A DNA stretch of 64,000 nucleotides from Methanobacteriota archaeon (GTDB lineage Archaea; Thermoplasmatota; Poseidoniia; Poseidoniales; Thalassarchaeaceae), in contig JABIKU010000002.1 in assembly GCA_018654845.1 (NCBI GenBank), forward strand, positions 13,729 through 77,728, given 5' to 3'. The notes under the pieces are model-generated. The model did not search any database and had not been told where the DNA came from. It saw only the letters and a program-made list of their open reading frames with translations. Below are positions 29,735-40,482 of this stretch, piece by piece (the first letter of the stretch is position 1; every line of letters starts with the position of its first letter). A program made the position numbers and the translations under genes.

Positions 29735-30436
29735 CTATGATAATATTCCGAGGGCATCATTGATTTCTGCAAGATTTTCTTTGATTGTACCATTATCATT
29801 AATGAGGCCACTACCGATAACTGCCACCTCGATTCCCCACTCGGAAACCTGAGCTGAATTGTGATATTTGATGCCGCCATCAATCATCAATTTCGTCTTA
29901 CGACCACCAGCAGCAATTTGTTCATCGATTGCCGTACGAAATTGTCTAACCTTTCCTTCCATTTCTGCCATGAACGATTGACCACCCATTCCAGGTACTA
30001 CCGACATTACAAGAACGAGGTCTAAATCGGCTAAAAATGGTAAAATCATATCGGCAGAAGTAGCTGGATTTAGCACCGCCCCTGCTTGACATCCGGCCTC
30101 TTGTAAATTTTTAATCAAGGCCGGAAAATCATCGACTGCTTCAACATGAGCAATTACCAAATCGACTCCTGCGTCGACATACTGCGGCCATGTTTCTTCT
30201 GCGTTAGTCACCATCAAATGGCAATCAATAAAAATATCCTTACCAACTCGATTACGCACGGATCTGATTAGAGCCGGCCCAAATGTAATCGTTTTATTTA
30301 CTACCCAATTTCCATCCATTACGTCGAGATGAATCCACTCAATTCCAGCATCAATCGCTTCATCAAGTGTTTTGCCCAGCGCTGCATAATCGGCTGTCAA
30401 AATACTCGGGGCGACCTGCATCTTCGGCATCCTCAT
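29735..30436 (-). CDS. rpe: Ribulose-phosphate 3-epimerase
   Basis: APSILTAD, IHLDVMDG, DCHLMV, VMSVVPG.GGQ, IDGGI. Confidence 0.95.
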   Translation of the reverse strand: MRMPKMQVAPSILTADYAALGKTLDEAIDAGIEWIHLDVMDGNWVVNKTITFGPALIRSVRNRVGKDIFIDCHLMVTNAEETWPQYVDAGVDLVIAHVEAVDDFPALIKNLQEAGCQAGAVLNPATSADMILPFLADLDLVLVMSVVPGMGGQSFMAEMEGKVRQFRTAIDEQIAAGGRKTKLMIDGGIKYHNSAQVSEWGIEVAVIGSGLINDNGTIKENLAEINDALGILS

Positions 30437-30591
30437 TCGGTCGGGAGAGGTGACTACTTCTCAATCATTATGCTGGAGTAAAGAGAATGTTACCATTTTC
30501 ATTTATATTAATTTCATAATGTTTTCTTTTAGAAATAGTGAAAGTTTGAACAAATTGTTCATAGAACAGTGGTCATCCGGAGTGAATATAG

Positions 30592-30918
30592 GTGAGTAAA
30601 ATGGGAAGAGTAGTTAACGCAAGTGATGCGGATTATGATATGGTAACAAAGAGTTCCGAGTGGGTATTAGTCGACTTCTGGGCACCATGGTGTGGACCTT
30701 GCAAAATGATTGCGCCATCTCTTGAGCAAATCGCTAACGAACGCGATATTACAATCGCTAAAGTCAACACCGATGCTAATCAATTAAAAATGGGCCAATT
30801 TGGCTTCCGTGGAATTCCTGCACTGGTTCTCTACCATAATGGTCAACCTATAGATCAACAGACTGGAGCTTTGCCAAAGGCTGGTTTCGATGATTGGTTA
30901 AACCGCCACATGAAATAA
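30592..30918 (+). CDS. trxA: Thioredoxin
   Basis: VDFWAPWCGPCK. Confidence 0.95.
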   Translation: MSKMGRVVNASDADYDMVTKSSEWVLVDFWAPWCGPCKMIAPSLEQIANERDITIAKVNTDANQLKMGQFGFRGIPALVLYHNGQPIDQQTGALPKAGFDDWLNRHMK

Positions 30919-30919
30919 T

Positions 30920-32467
30920 TCAGATTACTTCTGAAAGACGCTTTGCTCTCTCTTCATGGGGCGCGCCTACTTCACGAAGCAAGCGCGAACGCAATGCTTC
31001 GTGTAACCACATTCCGTCTTCTAATTCAAGCATCAAGCCGCGCTCGAGCAAATTTGCTGGGGGCTCCCCATCATACTCTGCTGCTTTTGCAAGAGCGCCC
31101 CATGGTACCGGACGGTCGGCAACTGCGAGAAGAGCGAGAAGGTCGCGGTGATCCTTTGGTAACACGTCAAGGATTTCTTCATCGAGAAAACGAAGCCAAT
31201 CTGCATGAAGTGTTTTACCGTATAATTCTAACAATTCAACTGCCAAAGGGTGACCGCCCGTCACTCGATGAATCTCTTCAGCGGGTGCATCATCTGGTAA
31301 ATCAAGAAAGTTAATCCACTCAGCAATTTCATTAAGAGTTAAGCCGGTTAGAACCAATTCTTCTACCCGACTTCTAGTATGGACATCGCGTCGGTCATAA
31401 AATGCTAAATTCGTTCGACTAATCAGCAATAATCTAACTGATGTTACTTCTGCTATCTGTAATAATGCACCGAAAAGATGAGTTCCTTCGGCTCCGATAT
31501 TATGGACGTCGTCCAATAATATGAGTAAACCGTCCAAATCATCTTTGCGCAGATTTTTTTCATCGTTTAAATGAGCGATTAACCGGCGCCGAAATACATC
31601 CAAATTCAACCCAGCACCAGGTTTCAATGGCAATGATTCGAGAATCCCATATGGATCCTCAGCTTCACCTTCAGAACCAATTCCAAGCCGGTGAAGCAAA
31701 CTCGTAGCAATACCCAATGGAGTGTCCCATGGCTGACAAGGATAATACATGACTTCTAGGTTTGGCGAAAGGCGAAGAATATCATCTACCCAATGAGAGA
31801 GAAGCGTAGTCTTACCACAACCAGCGATGCCGGAAAGCACGAACATTGGTGTCGAAGAATTATACCACGAATTGAGTCGTGATTTTTCATCTGTTCGTCC
31901 GTGAACCGTTCTGGTTTCTGGCGGCCGAATGTGATATGTTGAATGAGCACCTGACAGAAGTGTGAGTGAACCTGGTTTACTGGTTGGTGTAGATTCTGAG
32001 CGTATGATTGTGCCAAATCGAATATCACCAAAATTCAGTACGCCCTCATGTTGGGCGTGCATTAATACCTGTAGCAAAGTCAGGCCAGTTTGAAGATGTA
32101 CAGCGGCTTTATCTGCACGGATTTCCAAAAGATTGCCTTCGCGCTCACGGATTAAAATCATCATACTACGAAGCTTTTCAATCCGATTTCTAGCCTCTGT
32201 TCGACCTTCATCAGTCAACTGCCAAGTCTTCTGCCGTCGCTCATCTCCTCTGATTGTACGAGTATATTCACTAACGAGCCCATCTTGAATTAATTCACGC
32301 ATTGTTCGGGACACATTAGGAGGATGAAGAGCACAAACTTCAGCGATACCCGGTCTGGTCATTTCGAAACTGACCAGATAGTGATCCGCTTGGTGATCTT
32401 GTTCCCAAAGATGCAACAATACACGGTCGGCGACGGCGACATTGATTCTCACATCGCCCCTCGCCAT
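30920..32467 (-). CDS. Winged-helix + STAND-class NTPase putative transcriptional regulator
   Basis: N-terminal MarR-like wHTH; GIAGCGKTT Walker A, LILLDDVH Walker B, TGGHPLA GxP motif. Confidence 0.8.
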   Translation of the reverse strand: MARGDVRINVAVADRVLLHLWEQDHQADHYLVSFEMTRPGIAEVCALHPPNVSRTMRELIQDGLVSEYTRTIRGDERRQKTWQLTDEGRTEARNRIEKLRSMMILIREREGNLLEIRADKAAVHLQTGLTLLQVLMHAQHEGVLNFGDIRFGTIIRSESTPTSKPGSLTLLSGAHSTYHIRPPETRTVHGRTDEKSRLNSWYNSSTPMFVLSGIAGCGKTTLLSHWVDDILRLSPNLEVMYYPCQPWDTPLGIATSLLHRLGIGSEGEAEDPYGILESLPLKPGAGLNLDVFRRRLIAHLNDEKNLRKDDLDGLLILLDDVHNIGAEGTHLFGALLQIAEVTSVRLLLISRTNLAFYDRRDVHTRSRVEELVLTGLTLNEIAEWINFLDLPDDAPAEEIHRVTGGHPLAVELLELYGKTLHADWLRFLDEEILDVLPKDHRDLLALLAVADRPVPWGALAKAAEYDGEPPANLLERGLMLELEDGMWLHEALRSRLLREVGAPHEERAKRLSEVI

Positions 32468-32527
32468 CGCCTCTGCGTAGACAAAACAGGCATCAAGAGT
32501 TCGGGCATCTGTTGAGGTGGATTCAAC

Positions 32528-34399
32528 TCATTCTTCTGGAGCACATTGGGGATATTCTGTCTGCATCGGAGGTGAAAATAAATCATCACAATCGCGTTGA
32601 ACGACAGATAAGCTTAGCACGCTTGTTGTATCTAACGCCAAAGTAACCGGTAGAATTGAAACTGGGCTTGGAACATAATCCTCACCCGTTTGAGTAATAA
32701 TCAAATGAATTCCATCATCAGCAGGAATTACAACATCCATCCCGAAAAATTCCATTTTTGCCACAACGGTTTCACCGGGTGAAAGTGTTTCTCCGTCCTT
32801 TCCACCATCATGGAATCGCAAATCCATAACAGCATGACCGAGGTGCATACCAGTGCTTGCTTGAACCATTTCAACGAAGAGATGGCCACTGGTTGCTAAG
32901 AGTGAAATCGTTGCAGTTACATGGAATGTCGGTGTGCCAACAATTCTCGTTTCATATTCAAAAAATGGACATTCCATACGTAATTCAGAGGTAGCAGTGA
33001 CCGTTTCTCCACCACCTATAATCGAACAATCATCCATTGTATATGGCAACCAAATTTGGTCGAGAGGAGGATAAGAATCTTCGACTCGCCAGCCGCCTAT
33101 ATTATCTTGTATCTCAGCAATTAATCGTGGCTGAGGACCTTCGTTCTTTAGATAGAAATCAAACCACTCCAAAAGGTCATCAGCCCAATCCCAACGCAGT
33201 GTGAACGGTAATGCTTCAGCACCCCTGCCGCTGCTCAATCCTTCGTGACCACTTCGTCGGTCGGGGTAATCATGCCCCCATTGGCCATACAATCCTTTGA
33301 CATCAAAACCAGCATCTCGGAGAAGTTGATGGGTCGGGAATGCCATATGTGGATCGACATTCCAATCTTGCATACCGTGAACGATATACACTGAGCCGTT
33401 GTAATTCGCTAAAGCACGGTCGAGAAAAGTTCGCTCTTCCCAGTAATCGCTACCAGTCCAACCCAAATTATCGCCGGTAATATAAGCACCTGGACCCGCA
33501 TAATAGCCCTCCAAATAGCCTTCACAAATATTTTCAACATCTTCCAGATCACCATCGATTCCGAAGTTTCCATAGACGCCATTGTGCATTATCGCACCAC
33601 GAGCTTCCATGCTGCCATTACGCCACATTAAGTCATGAGCGCCAATTAAACCAGACATCGGCACAATGGTCTTGAGATATTGAGAACCCATCGCTGCCGC
33701 TTCCCAAGGAGTCGATCCGTCGTATGATTTTCCGATGATGCCGACGGCACCATTTGAGAACGGTGCTTGACCGAGATATTCTACTGCAGCGTGAATTCCT
33801 TCCTGTTCATCATAGCCCATTAAATCCATACAATGATTTGATTCGCCTGTACCAAATACGCTAATCTGGGCAACACCATAACCGTGTGGAACGAAATTTT
33901 CGATAAGAAAACGACCTAAGCGATCTGCGGGAGTTAGAGCATCTACATCACCATCATCATAATATGGGCCTATTTCAGACAAAATCGGAACTTTACATTC
34001 GTCAGCAATTTCAGCTGAGTCATAATCACACCCTTCGATAATAGGTAACCACAATCCCATGTGAACTTCTGCTCCACCAGTCACCCCCGCTCCTCCATCA
34101 GAAACTGAAATTGCAGGGACTGGGATGTAAATCGAGCGAGCTTCACCAATTCCATATGAACCATTAATCGATACTCGACTGAAAACATCATCATCGCGAT
34201 AAACCAAATTTGCTCGGTTTTCGACTGCAGGAAGCCAATGTTCCCCCTCTTCCTCGCCACTGGTCAAAACCTCACTGCCAAAGCAACCCGAAAGGGTCGG
34301 CATAAGCAGAATTAGAATGAGTAGCAAACTCAATGATTGGCCTTTCACGCGCTTCGCGCGTCTTAGACCACTCAAGACTGTTCTGATGTAGAGAGTCAA
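32528..34399 (-). CDS. CocE/NonD (peptidase S15, X-Pro dipeptidyl-peptidase-like) hydrolase, probable lipoprotein
   Basis: LSGC lipobox; [14 protein letters not shown] nucleophile elbow, [13 protein letters not shown]. Confidence 0.88.
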   Translation of the reverse strand: MTLYIRTVLSGLRRAKRVKGQSLSLLLILILLMPTLSGCFGSEVLTSGEEEGEHWLPAVENRANLVYRDDDVFSRVSINGSYGIGEARSIYIPVPAISVSDGGAGVTGGAEVHMGLWLPIIEGCDYDSAEIADECKVPILSEIGPYYDDGDVDALTPADRLGRFLIENFVPHGYGVAQISVFGTGESNHCMDLMGYDEQEGIHAAVEYLGQAPFSNGAVGIIGKSYDGSTPWEAAAMGSQYLKTIVPMSGLIGAHDLMWRNGSMEARGAIMHNGVYGNFGIDGDLEDVENICEGYLEGYYAGPGAYITGDNLGWTGSDYWEERTFLDRALANYNGSVYIVHGMQDWNVDPHMAFPTHQLLRDAGFDVKGLYGQWGHDYPDRRSGHEGLSSGRGAEALPFTLRWDWADDLLEWFDFYLKNEGPQPRLIAEIQDNIGGWRVEDSYPPLDQIWLPYTMDDCSIIGGGETVTATSELRMECPFFEYETRIVGTPTFHVTATISLLATSGHLFVEMVQASTGMHLGHAVMDLRFHDGGKDGETLSPGETVVAKMEFFGMDVVIPADDGIHLIITQTGEDYVPSPVSILPVTLALDTTSVLSLSVVQRDCDDLFSPPMQTEYPQCAPEE

Positions 34400-34428
34400 T
34401 GAATTAAGACTAGTATCATACCTGGTGA

Positions 34429-36045
34429 TTAATCTAATCTAATCTCGGCACTGACGAATTTGATGTAGCGCTGTTCCTCATTCTCCTCAAACGGATGCGG
34501 GCCAATATTCTGCTGGTAAGCGATACCGAGACGAGTTCCGTCTGCACTGATCACCGTTTCGAAAAAATCATGCAAAGCGTGTGTATCTCCTTCAGCCTCC
34601 TCGTAAGCAGTTACTGTGTGTAGCGGAGTAGGGTCAGCGACAGAGAATACCCAAGAGTCATTTTCCTGAGGGCTTTGAAGGGCTCCAGCGTAAAGGAACC
34701 ATTGCTTGCCAGCGGTATAATCATCCTCACTTGCATTTTGATTGAAATCAAGACCGTAAAAGGCAATAGACATCACATCATTATCTGAAATTGAAACAAA
34801 TGGATACATGCTTATTCCACGCTCAAAAGGAGTGATTTCCCAAGATGACCAGTTCAATCCTCTGTCATATGAAACAGCGATCCACATATCCCATGGTCCA
34901 GTTCCACCATCTGGACAATCTGCCCAAATTACTGCAACTGTCCCGTTCTCGTTGGTTTCAACGACAGGGTAGCCTTCGGGGCAGTTTCCATTTCTCGGAC
35001 CGAGTTCGATGGGAGTCTGCCAGGTGCCATCTGATGGGCTTGGACCAGTCCCCCTTCCGTAATCATCAGAAATTCGAATTTGCACTGTTCCGCTGTTTGA
35101 ATCAGCACTCTCTTGTGCGACGTAAACATAGGTTCCATTTTGTTCGGAGGCAATTGTCGACCAACCACCGGGCATTGCATAACACTGGCTAAATGATGCG
35201 CCACCATTTTCTGAATGATAGTACCAGTAGCGACCACTATCTCCACTGCATTCAGGTGGACTCGCTCCTGAATTCCCAAGGTAGTGAACGATGCCATCTC
35301 CTTGGGCAGCAACCCACGGTCTGTCATCAGCTGCCATCGTGTTCATTCGGTCACAAATGCCACCTTCGTAGATATTTCCACCATCGATGAATTTGTGCCA
35401 CCAATTATCTTCCAAAGTAGTGTCGAGATAGTATATCACATCCTCTCCATCGACTGCAATATCACCTTCATCACCGAGGCATTCCGAGCCACCGGCGAGG
35501 TAATTTGCAGTCAAATGATTGCCCGGAGTAGGATCGAAATTATCACCCGGGCTCCAAGTCAAACCTCCATCATTCGAAATCCAAAACCAACTGGCCCAAT
35601 AATCCCAAGATGTATCACGACCTTCTTCACACGCATACCATAATCCAAGATCTCCACCAAGAATTGGCCCGAAAGGAGTCGCTTCACCGCCCCAGCGCAG
35701 ATCTTTGTGGGCGGTGATGAACATATTTCCCTCCGAATCCATAGCAAGGCTCGGCTCGTAACCGATACCAAATTCTGGTAAATCTTGGCCATTAGATTCA
35801 TCGATACACTCTTCCGCACGCGGCATAAAAACCGCCTCATTCCATTCAAGATCGAGGGCATTTCGTTGCCTATCGTCATCTTTGATGATGAAATTCGTAG
35901 AAATCGACATGAGTGAAGCTGCAAGGACGATAGTGACGACAACAATAGCCGAAATACTGCCAATTACAAAGCGATGACGAAAGAATGTGCGCAGATCGCT
36001 GGCCGTTTCAAAAACAGCCCAGGCACCCTCAATTAGCTCGCGCAT
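34429..36045 (-). CDS. Membrane-anchored/secreted Asp-box (BNR) beta-propeller protein, sialidase-like
   Basis: [29 protein letters not shown] Asp-boxes; DDRPW; N-terminal TM. Confidence 0.8.
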   Translation of the reverse strand: MRELIEGAWAVFETASDLRTFFRHRFVIGSISAIVVVTIVLAASLMSISTNFIIKDDDRQRNALDLEWNEAVFMPRAEECIDESNGQDLPEFGIGYEPSLAMDSEGNMFITAHKDLRWGGEATPFGPILGGDLGLWYACEEGRDTSWDYWASWFWISNDGGLTWSPGDNFDPTPGNHLTANYLAGGSECLGDEGDIAVDGEDVIYYLDTTLEDNWWHKFIDGGNIYEGGICDRMNTMAADDRPWVAAQGDGIVHYLGNSGASPPECSGDSGRYWYYHSENGGASFSQCYAMPGGWSTIASEQNGTYVYVAQESADSNSGTVQIRISDDYGRGTGPSPSDGTWQTPIELGPRNGNCPEGYPVVETNENGTVAVIWADCPDGGTGPWDMWIAVSYDRGLNWSSWEITPFERGISMYPFVSISDNDVMSIAFYGLDFNQNASEDDYTAGKQWFLYAGALQSPQENDSWVFSVADPTPLHTVTAYEEAEGDTHALHDFFETVISADGTRLGIAYQQNIGPHPFEENEEQRYIKFVSAEIRLD

Positions 36046-36121
36046 TAGCCATCCGTCAACGGTGATGTTCTAAGTGTTCGTTCATAGATGAGTTCATGAG
36101 CAGAGGCATTAAGCGATTCTC

Positions 36122-37003
36122 GTGGAGGAATCCAACCGACGGAAATTGCTACGCTTACAGCGTATGGAAGCAACTGAAAAAGAGGTTTACCACCGCCTTG
36201 CCAAGCAACAAAGAGATCCTCTAAATGCTGCAATTCTTGAAGGAATTGCCCTTGAAGAGGAGCGACACGAATCCATAATTGCAGAAATGACTGATGAAAC
36301 AGTAAATCCGGCTATGTTTCGGGTGTGGCTACAAGTCATTTTAGCAAAATTACTTGGATTGACTTTTTCTGTCAAAATGATGGAAAAAACCGAGCGGGAT
36401 ATCTCAGCAGAATATCGGAAACTCGGACTTCATGATATCGCTGATGAAGAAGATGCCCATGAAGAGAAATTGATAGAGATGCTCGAAGAAGATGCTTTGC
36501 TTTACCTCGGAAGTGTGATTCTTGGGTTGTCCGATGCATTAGTCGAACTAACTGGCGCATTAGCAGGTCTTACTTTCGCATTTCAATCACTAAATTTGGT
36601 CGCACTGGCTGGACTTGTTACAGGTATTGCAGCATCTTTCAGCATGGCAGCATCAGAATATCTCTCTACAAAAGAAGAGTCAGATGGACGCTCCCCGTTC
36701 AAAGCGGCTGGATTTACCGGCATAGCTTACATCATCACAGTATTCTTGCTAGTAATGCCCTATTTGCTCCTACAAGCAGATGACCCGTTTCGTTACGGTC
36801 TTGCACCACATGTCCAAGCTCTTGGTTGCACACTCGGCATCGGCTTCGCTATAATTGCAACATTCAATGGTTATGTCGCCATCGCACAAGATGAACCTTT
36901 CAACAAGCGATTTGCAGAGATGGCGGGAATCTTAATCGTTGTCAGCGCTATTTCATTCGGAATTGGCATAGCGCTGCGTTCTTGGTTTGGCGTAGAAATA
37001 TAA
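36122..37003 (+). CDS. Ferritin/rubrerythrin-like domain fused to VIT1/CCC1 iron transporter
   Basis: EEERH and EEDAH diiron-type motifs; LGLSDALV and SMAASEYLS VIT1 motifs. Confidence 0.9.
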   Translation: MEESNRRKLLRLQRMEATEKEVYHRLAKQQRDPLNAAILEGIALEEERHESIIAEMTDETVNPAMFRVWLQVILAKLLGLTFSVKMMEKTERDISAEYRKLGLHDIADEEDAHEEKLIEMLEEDALLYLGSVILGLSDALVELTGALAGLTFAFQSLNLVALAGLVTGIAASFSMAASEYLSTKEESDGRSPFKAAGFTGIAYIITVFLLVMPYLLLQADDPFRYGLAPHVQALGCTLGIGFAIIATFNGYVAIAQDEPFNKRFAEMAGILIVVSAISFGIGIALRSWFGVEI

Positions 37004-37095
37004 TCGAAATACCTTCTTATTCATATTTTGACACAACACTCGACAATGTTGGATAATGTATCAACCCCTTAATTTTATATCTACGAGGCTGCTGA

Positions 37096-37548
37096 GTGAT
37101 ATTGAGAAATATGAAACGGCAACAATTTGCAACCTCTATGTTAACATTAGCAATGATAACATTCGCAGGTCTTCTGATAATGTTTGTACCTGCCAAAGAT
37201 AATGGCCAAGGAGCCGAGGGACAAAACTTAGGAGAAGTTACTAACCTTGATGAAACATCTTCTACGGACAACTCCTCTACTGCTGTATCTTCATCCAGTA
37301 ATCCGGAAGTTTTCGACACAGTCATGACAGATCATGATGATGATGATTGGGATGATGATGATGATTACGAAGATGACGAAGATTCTGAAGACGAAGAAGA
37401 TGACGGCGATTCAGAAGATGAGGAAGATGACGAGGATTCTGAAGACGAAGAAGATGACGGCGATTCAGAAGATGAGGAAGATGACGAGGATTCTGAAGAC
37501 GAAGAAGATGACGGCGATTCAGAAGATGACGAAGATGATGAAGACTGA
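37096..37548 (+). CDS. Small membrane-anchored/secreted protein with a D/E-rich repeat tail
   Basis: N-terminal hydrophobic helix, Ser/Thr linker, then an almost purely acidic tail. Confidence 0.7.
   Translation: MILRNMKRQQFATSMLTLAMITFAGLLIMFVPAKDNGQGAEGQNLGEVTNLDETSSTDNSSTAVSSSSNPEVFDTVMTDHDDDDWDDDDDYEDDEDSEDEEDDGDSEDEEDDEDSEDEEDDGDSEDEEDDEDSEDEEDDGDSEDDEDDED
37372..37545 (+). repeat. Coding tandem repeat, 27-nt unit alternating DDEDSEDEE/DDGDSEDEE (54-nt higher-order unit x3)
   Basis: gatgacgaRgattctgaagacgaagaa / gatgacggcgattcagaagatgaggaa repeated. Confidence 0.93.
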
Positions 37549-37557
37549 GGGTTTTCA

Positions 37558-38856
37558 TTGGATTCAAACAATTCATTCTCTCGATATTCATTTCTATTTG
37601 TAATCGTAGCCCTATTACTTGTAGGTGACAAAGTTAGTCCACCGATGATTCAAAGTGTCGACGCAGCTTCACAATCCTGCCAAAGTTGCCATGGATCGTA
37701 TCGAGAAGCAGGATTATCGATGTATTCATCCCAACCTCTTGTTGCGAGTGCAGAAAATACGCTACGATGGACTGTTTCTGCCCCTTGGAGAAACGATTGG
37801 ATCGAACCAAATATGGAAATCACAGTATTGAATGGAATTGTTGATAATACAAATTTTGTCCCTTGGCAAGGTAATTTAGCTGCAGGTAGCTCGATTTCAG
37901 GATGGCTCAACGTCACCCCAGATCATAATGCAACTGAAATTGAAATCGCCATCACTCTCGATGTTGTAGCATATTACGACCACGCTTCATCAAAACGGCC
38001 TGATCGTCAATTCGAATCGGTTAGAATCTCAATGGTTGTAATTGTTGAACAAAAAAATTTGGCATTGAGCCCATCATTGGTTTCACTCGAAGAAGGAAAC
38101 AATCAAACATCATCTAAATTGTTTAATCTCGGTTCACAAACAATTACTGAACTCAATGGAACGGCACAACGAGGAATTGTAAGATTCGCACAATTAATCA
38201 ATACATCTGGAGAGATTACAACGACAAATTATTCTGGAAGTTTAGAACCAGGGTGGGGCGTTATTGTATCATATACTGGCCCTGAACCTGCTTCGAATGG
38301 GACGGATGTTTTGATAACTGGAAAATTGCCTTCGGGAGTTACTACCAGTGCATCAATGAGTGTGATTCCTATCCCAATTCCAGCACAATTACCCGATCCT
38401 CCACTTTCAGGAAAAGTTGCAGTATTCTATGGCTGGCTCGGAGTTGTAGTATTGGGCTTATTGATGGTTCAAGGATTCTCAAAACGTGCACTCGATCGTA
38501 TCTACAAAGATAATTACAAATCTGCAAAAAAGCAAGAAATTGATTGGGATGCAGAAATGCCGGCTGAGCGGGCGACCTATTGGTGGTGGCTTCATTATTC
38601 CTTGTTGGGTGCAGTCATTACCTTCACTGCAATCCATGTACTTGGTTTTGGTATCTCTGATACGATGCCCCCTTTAAGCGCTGATATTTGGTTAGGTATT
38701 ATCGCTATTGCAATTATTGCAATTGCGGGATACTCAGGACTTTATCCAAAACTTTCACGGAAATATTTACCTTGGTTTTCTTTCCGAAAAGGGCACATGA
38801 TTTTGGCAATTATTGGAACTATTTTGGCTCTTTGGCATAGTTATATTCTATGGTGA
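37558..38856 (+). CDS. Putative heme protein: signal peptide, CxxCH motif, beta-rich ectodomain, C-terminal ferric-reductase-like/cytochrome b TM domain
   Basis: CQSCHG near the N-terminus; two TM H-x13-H pairs (WLH...AIH, GH...LWH). Confidence 0.65.
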   Translation: MDSNNSFSRYSFLFVIVALLLVGDKVSPPMIQSVDAASQSCQSCHGSYREAGLSMYSSQPLVASAENTLRWTVSAPWRNDWIEPNMEITVLNGIVDNTNFVPWQGNLAAGSSISGWLNVTPDHNATEIEIAITLDVVAYYDHASSKRPDRQFESVRISMVVIVEQKNLALSPSLVSLEEGNNQTSSKLFNLGSQTITELNGTAQRGIVRFAQLINTSGEITTTNYSGSLEPGWGVIVSYTGPEPASNGTDVLITGKLPSGVTTSASMSVIPIPIPAQLPDPPLSGKVAVFYGWLGVVVLGLLMVQGFSKRALDRIYKDNYKSAKKQEIDWDAEMPAERATYWWWLHYSLLGAVITFTAIHVLGFGISDTMPPLSADIWLGIIAIAIIAIAGYSGLYPKLSRKYLPWFSFRKGHMILAIIGTILALWHSYILW

Positions 38857-38932
38857 CTTTGATTTTCTAGAATTTGAAAATCCAATACCCTACATAGAAG
38901 GGTTTGATGATGCAAGCCTTCTCGCCGACTTT

Positions 38933-40435
38933 ATGAATGCGTATGATGAACTACTTGCACGACTGAAAGATATCGATTTGATTTCACAAATAGGGGGCCT
39001 GCTCGGATGGGATCAGGAAGTGATGATGCCACCGAAAGCTGCAGCACTCAGAGCTGAACAAATCTCATGGATTTCAAAGACTGGCCATTTGAAAATGACC
39101 GATGCGAGAATTGGCGAATTACTCGATGAATTAGAATCTCACAAAGATCTGGATGAAGTCCAAGTAGGAAATGTTCGACTCGCCCGAAACAGTTACGATA
39201 AAGCGACAAAATTGCCAACTGAATTCGTTGGTGAACTGGCAAAACATCAATCCAAATCTCAGATTTCTTGGACCGAAGCTCGTGCCAAAGATGACTTCTC
39301 TATCTTTCGTGATGACCTTGTAAAGATGGTTGAAATGAGCCGCCTGAAGGCGGATTATTTAGGATATGAAAACCTCCGTTACGATGCTCTTCTCGATCTT
39401 TATGAATCGGGCCTAACAGTTGCTCGTGTTGACCCACTTTTCGCAGGACTGCGCGACAATGTCGCACCTCTAGTCAAAGCTGTAATCGATAGCGGAAAAC
39501 GGCCAAACATGTCTTTTGTTGAAGATAATAAGTGGGGTCAAGCTGGTCAAGAAGCGCTTTCACACGCTGTTTCCGAGACCATTGGTTTCGACTTTTCTGC
39601 CGGCCGCCGCGACGCATCTACACACCCATTCTGTGGCGGCTCAAATCCAGATGATGTTCGATGGACGACCCGATATAGCGAGAGTGATCCATTCGGCTCG
39701 CTTTATGGTTCGATGCACGAAACCGGCCACGGACTCTACGAACAGGGCAGACCCCGCAGCCTAGATTTCCAACCAACAGGAAATGCGAATGGCCTCGGTG
39801 TGCACGAGAGTCAGAGTCGACTTTGGGAAAACCAAGTTGGTCGAAGCAGAGAATTTTGCGAGTGGGCTTTGCCATTATGGCAAGAAAGTTTTCCAGAATT
39901 TATGGAAGGTGTGAGTGCAGAGGATCTCTGGCGTGCGGTAAATCTAGTTGAGCCGAGTTTGATTCGGGTTGAAGCAGACGAGGCGACTTACAATCTACAC
40001 ATTATGATTCGATATGAAGTCGAAAAGCAACTGATTGCTGGAGAAATTGAAGTCGATGACCTTCCTCAAGTTTGGGACGATATGTATGAAGAATTCTTGG
40101 GAATCAGAGCACCAAACCACACTTTAGGCGTCCTACAAGACATTCACTGGTCCTTCGGAGCCTTCGGATATTTCCCGACTTACACATTGGGCAACCTCTA
40201 CTCAGCTCAGTTGTTAGAAGCTGCCCGCAAAGTTTTGCCTGATCACGATGAGCAGATCCGTAATGGTGAATTTGAGCCACTATTGGCATGGATGCGCGAG
40301 CATGTTCACGCACGTGGTAGCATTATCGAGCCGGCCGCCCTCATTGAGGAAGCAACCGGCTCGCCACCTTCGCCTGATGCATTTGTCGCGTACCTACGAG
40401 ACAAAATTGAACGACTTTACGGCGTTTCAGCATAA
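38933..40435 (+). CDS. Carboxypeptidase M32 (Taq-type)
   Basis: WDQEVMMP, HPF, HETGH, HESQS, IRVEADE, QDIHW, GYFPTY; start ATG 38933. Confidence 0.95.
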   Translation: MNAYDELLARLKDIDLISQIGGLLGWDQEVMMPPKAAALRAEQISWISKTGHLKMTDARIGELLDELESHKDLDEVQVGNVRLARNSYDKATKLPTEFVGELAKHQSKSQISWTEARAKDDFSIFRDDLVKMVEMSRLKADYLGYENLRYDALLDLYESGLTVARVDPLFAGLRDNVAPLVKAVIDSGKRPNMSFVEDNKWGQAGQEALSHAVSETIGFDFSAGRRDASTHPFCGGSNPDDVRWTTRYSESDPFGSLYGSMHETGHGLYEQGRPRSLDFQPTGNANGLGVHESQSRLWENQVGRSREFCEWALPLWQESFPEFMEGVSAEDLWRAVNLVEPSLIRVEADEATYNLHIMIRYEVEKQLIAGEIEVDDLPQVWDDMYEEFLGIRAPNHTLGVLQDIHWSFGAFGYFPTYTLGNLYSAQLLEAARKVLPDHDEQIRNGEFEPLLAWMREHVHARGSIIEPAALIEEATGSPPSPDAFVAYLRDKIERLYGVSA

Positions 40436-40482
40436 GATTATACCAACGGAAGCGAGAAAACAAACGACGCTTAGCATCGACC

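Noticed and set aside
11741-32467. Anti-phage defence island made of the PD-(D/E)xK nuclease, SF1 helicase and STAND ATPase
   Set aside because: The genes are kilobases apart, embedded among housekeeping genes, with no mobile-element or island signature
37372-37545. CRISPR array
   Set aside because: Repeats are contiguous, in frame and lack unique spacers; no cas genes in the window
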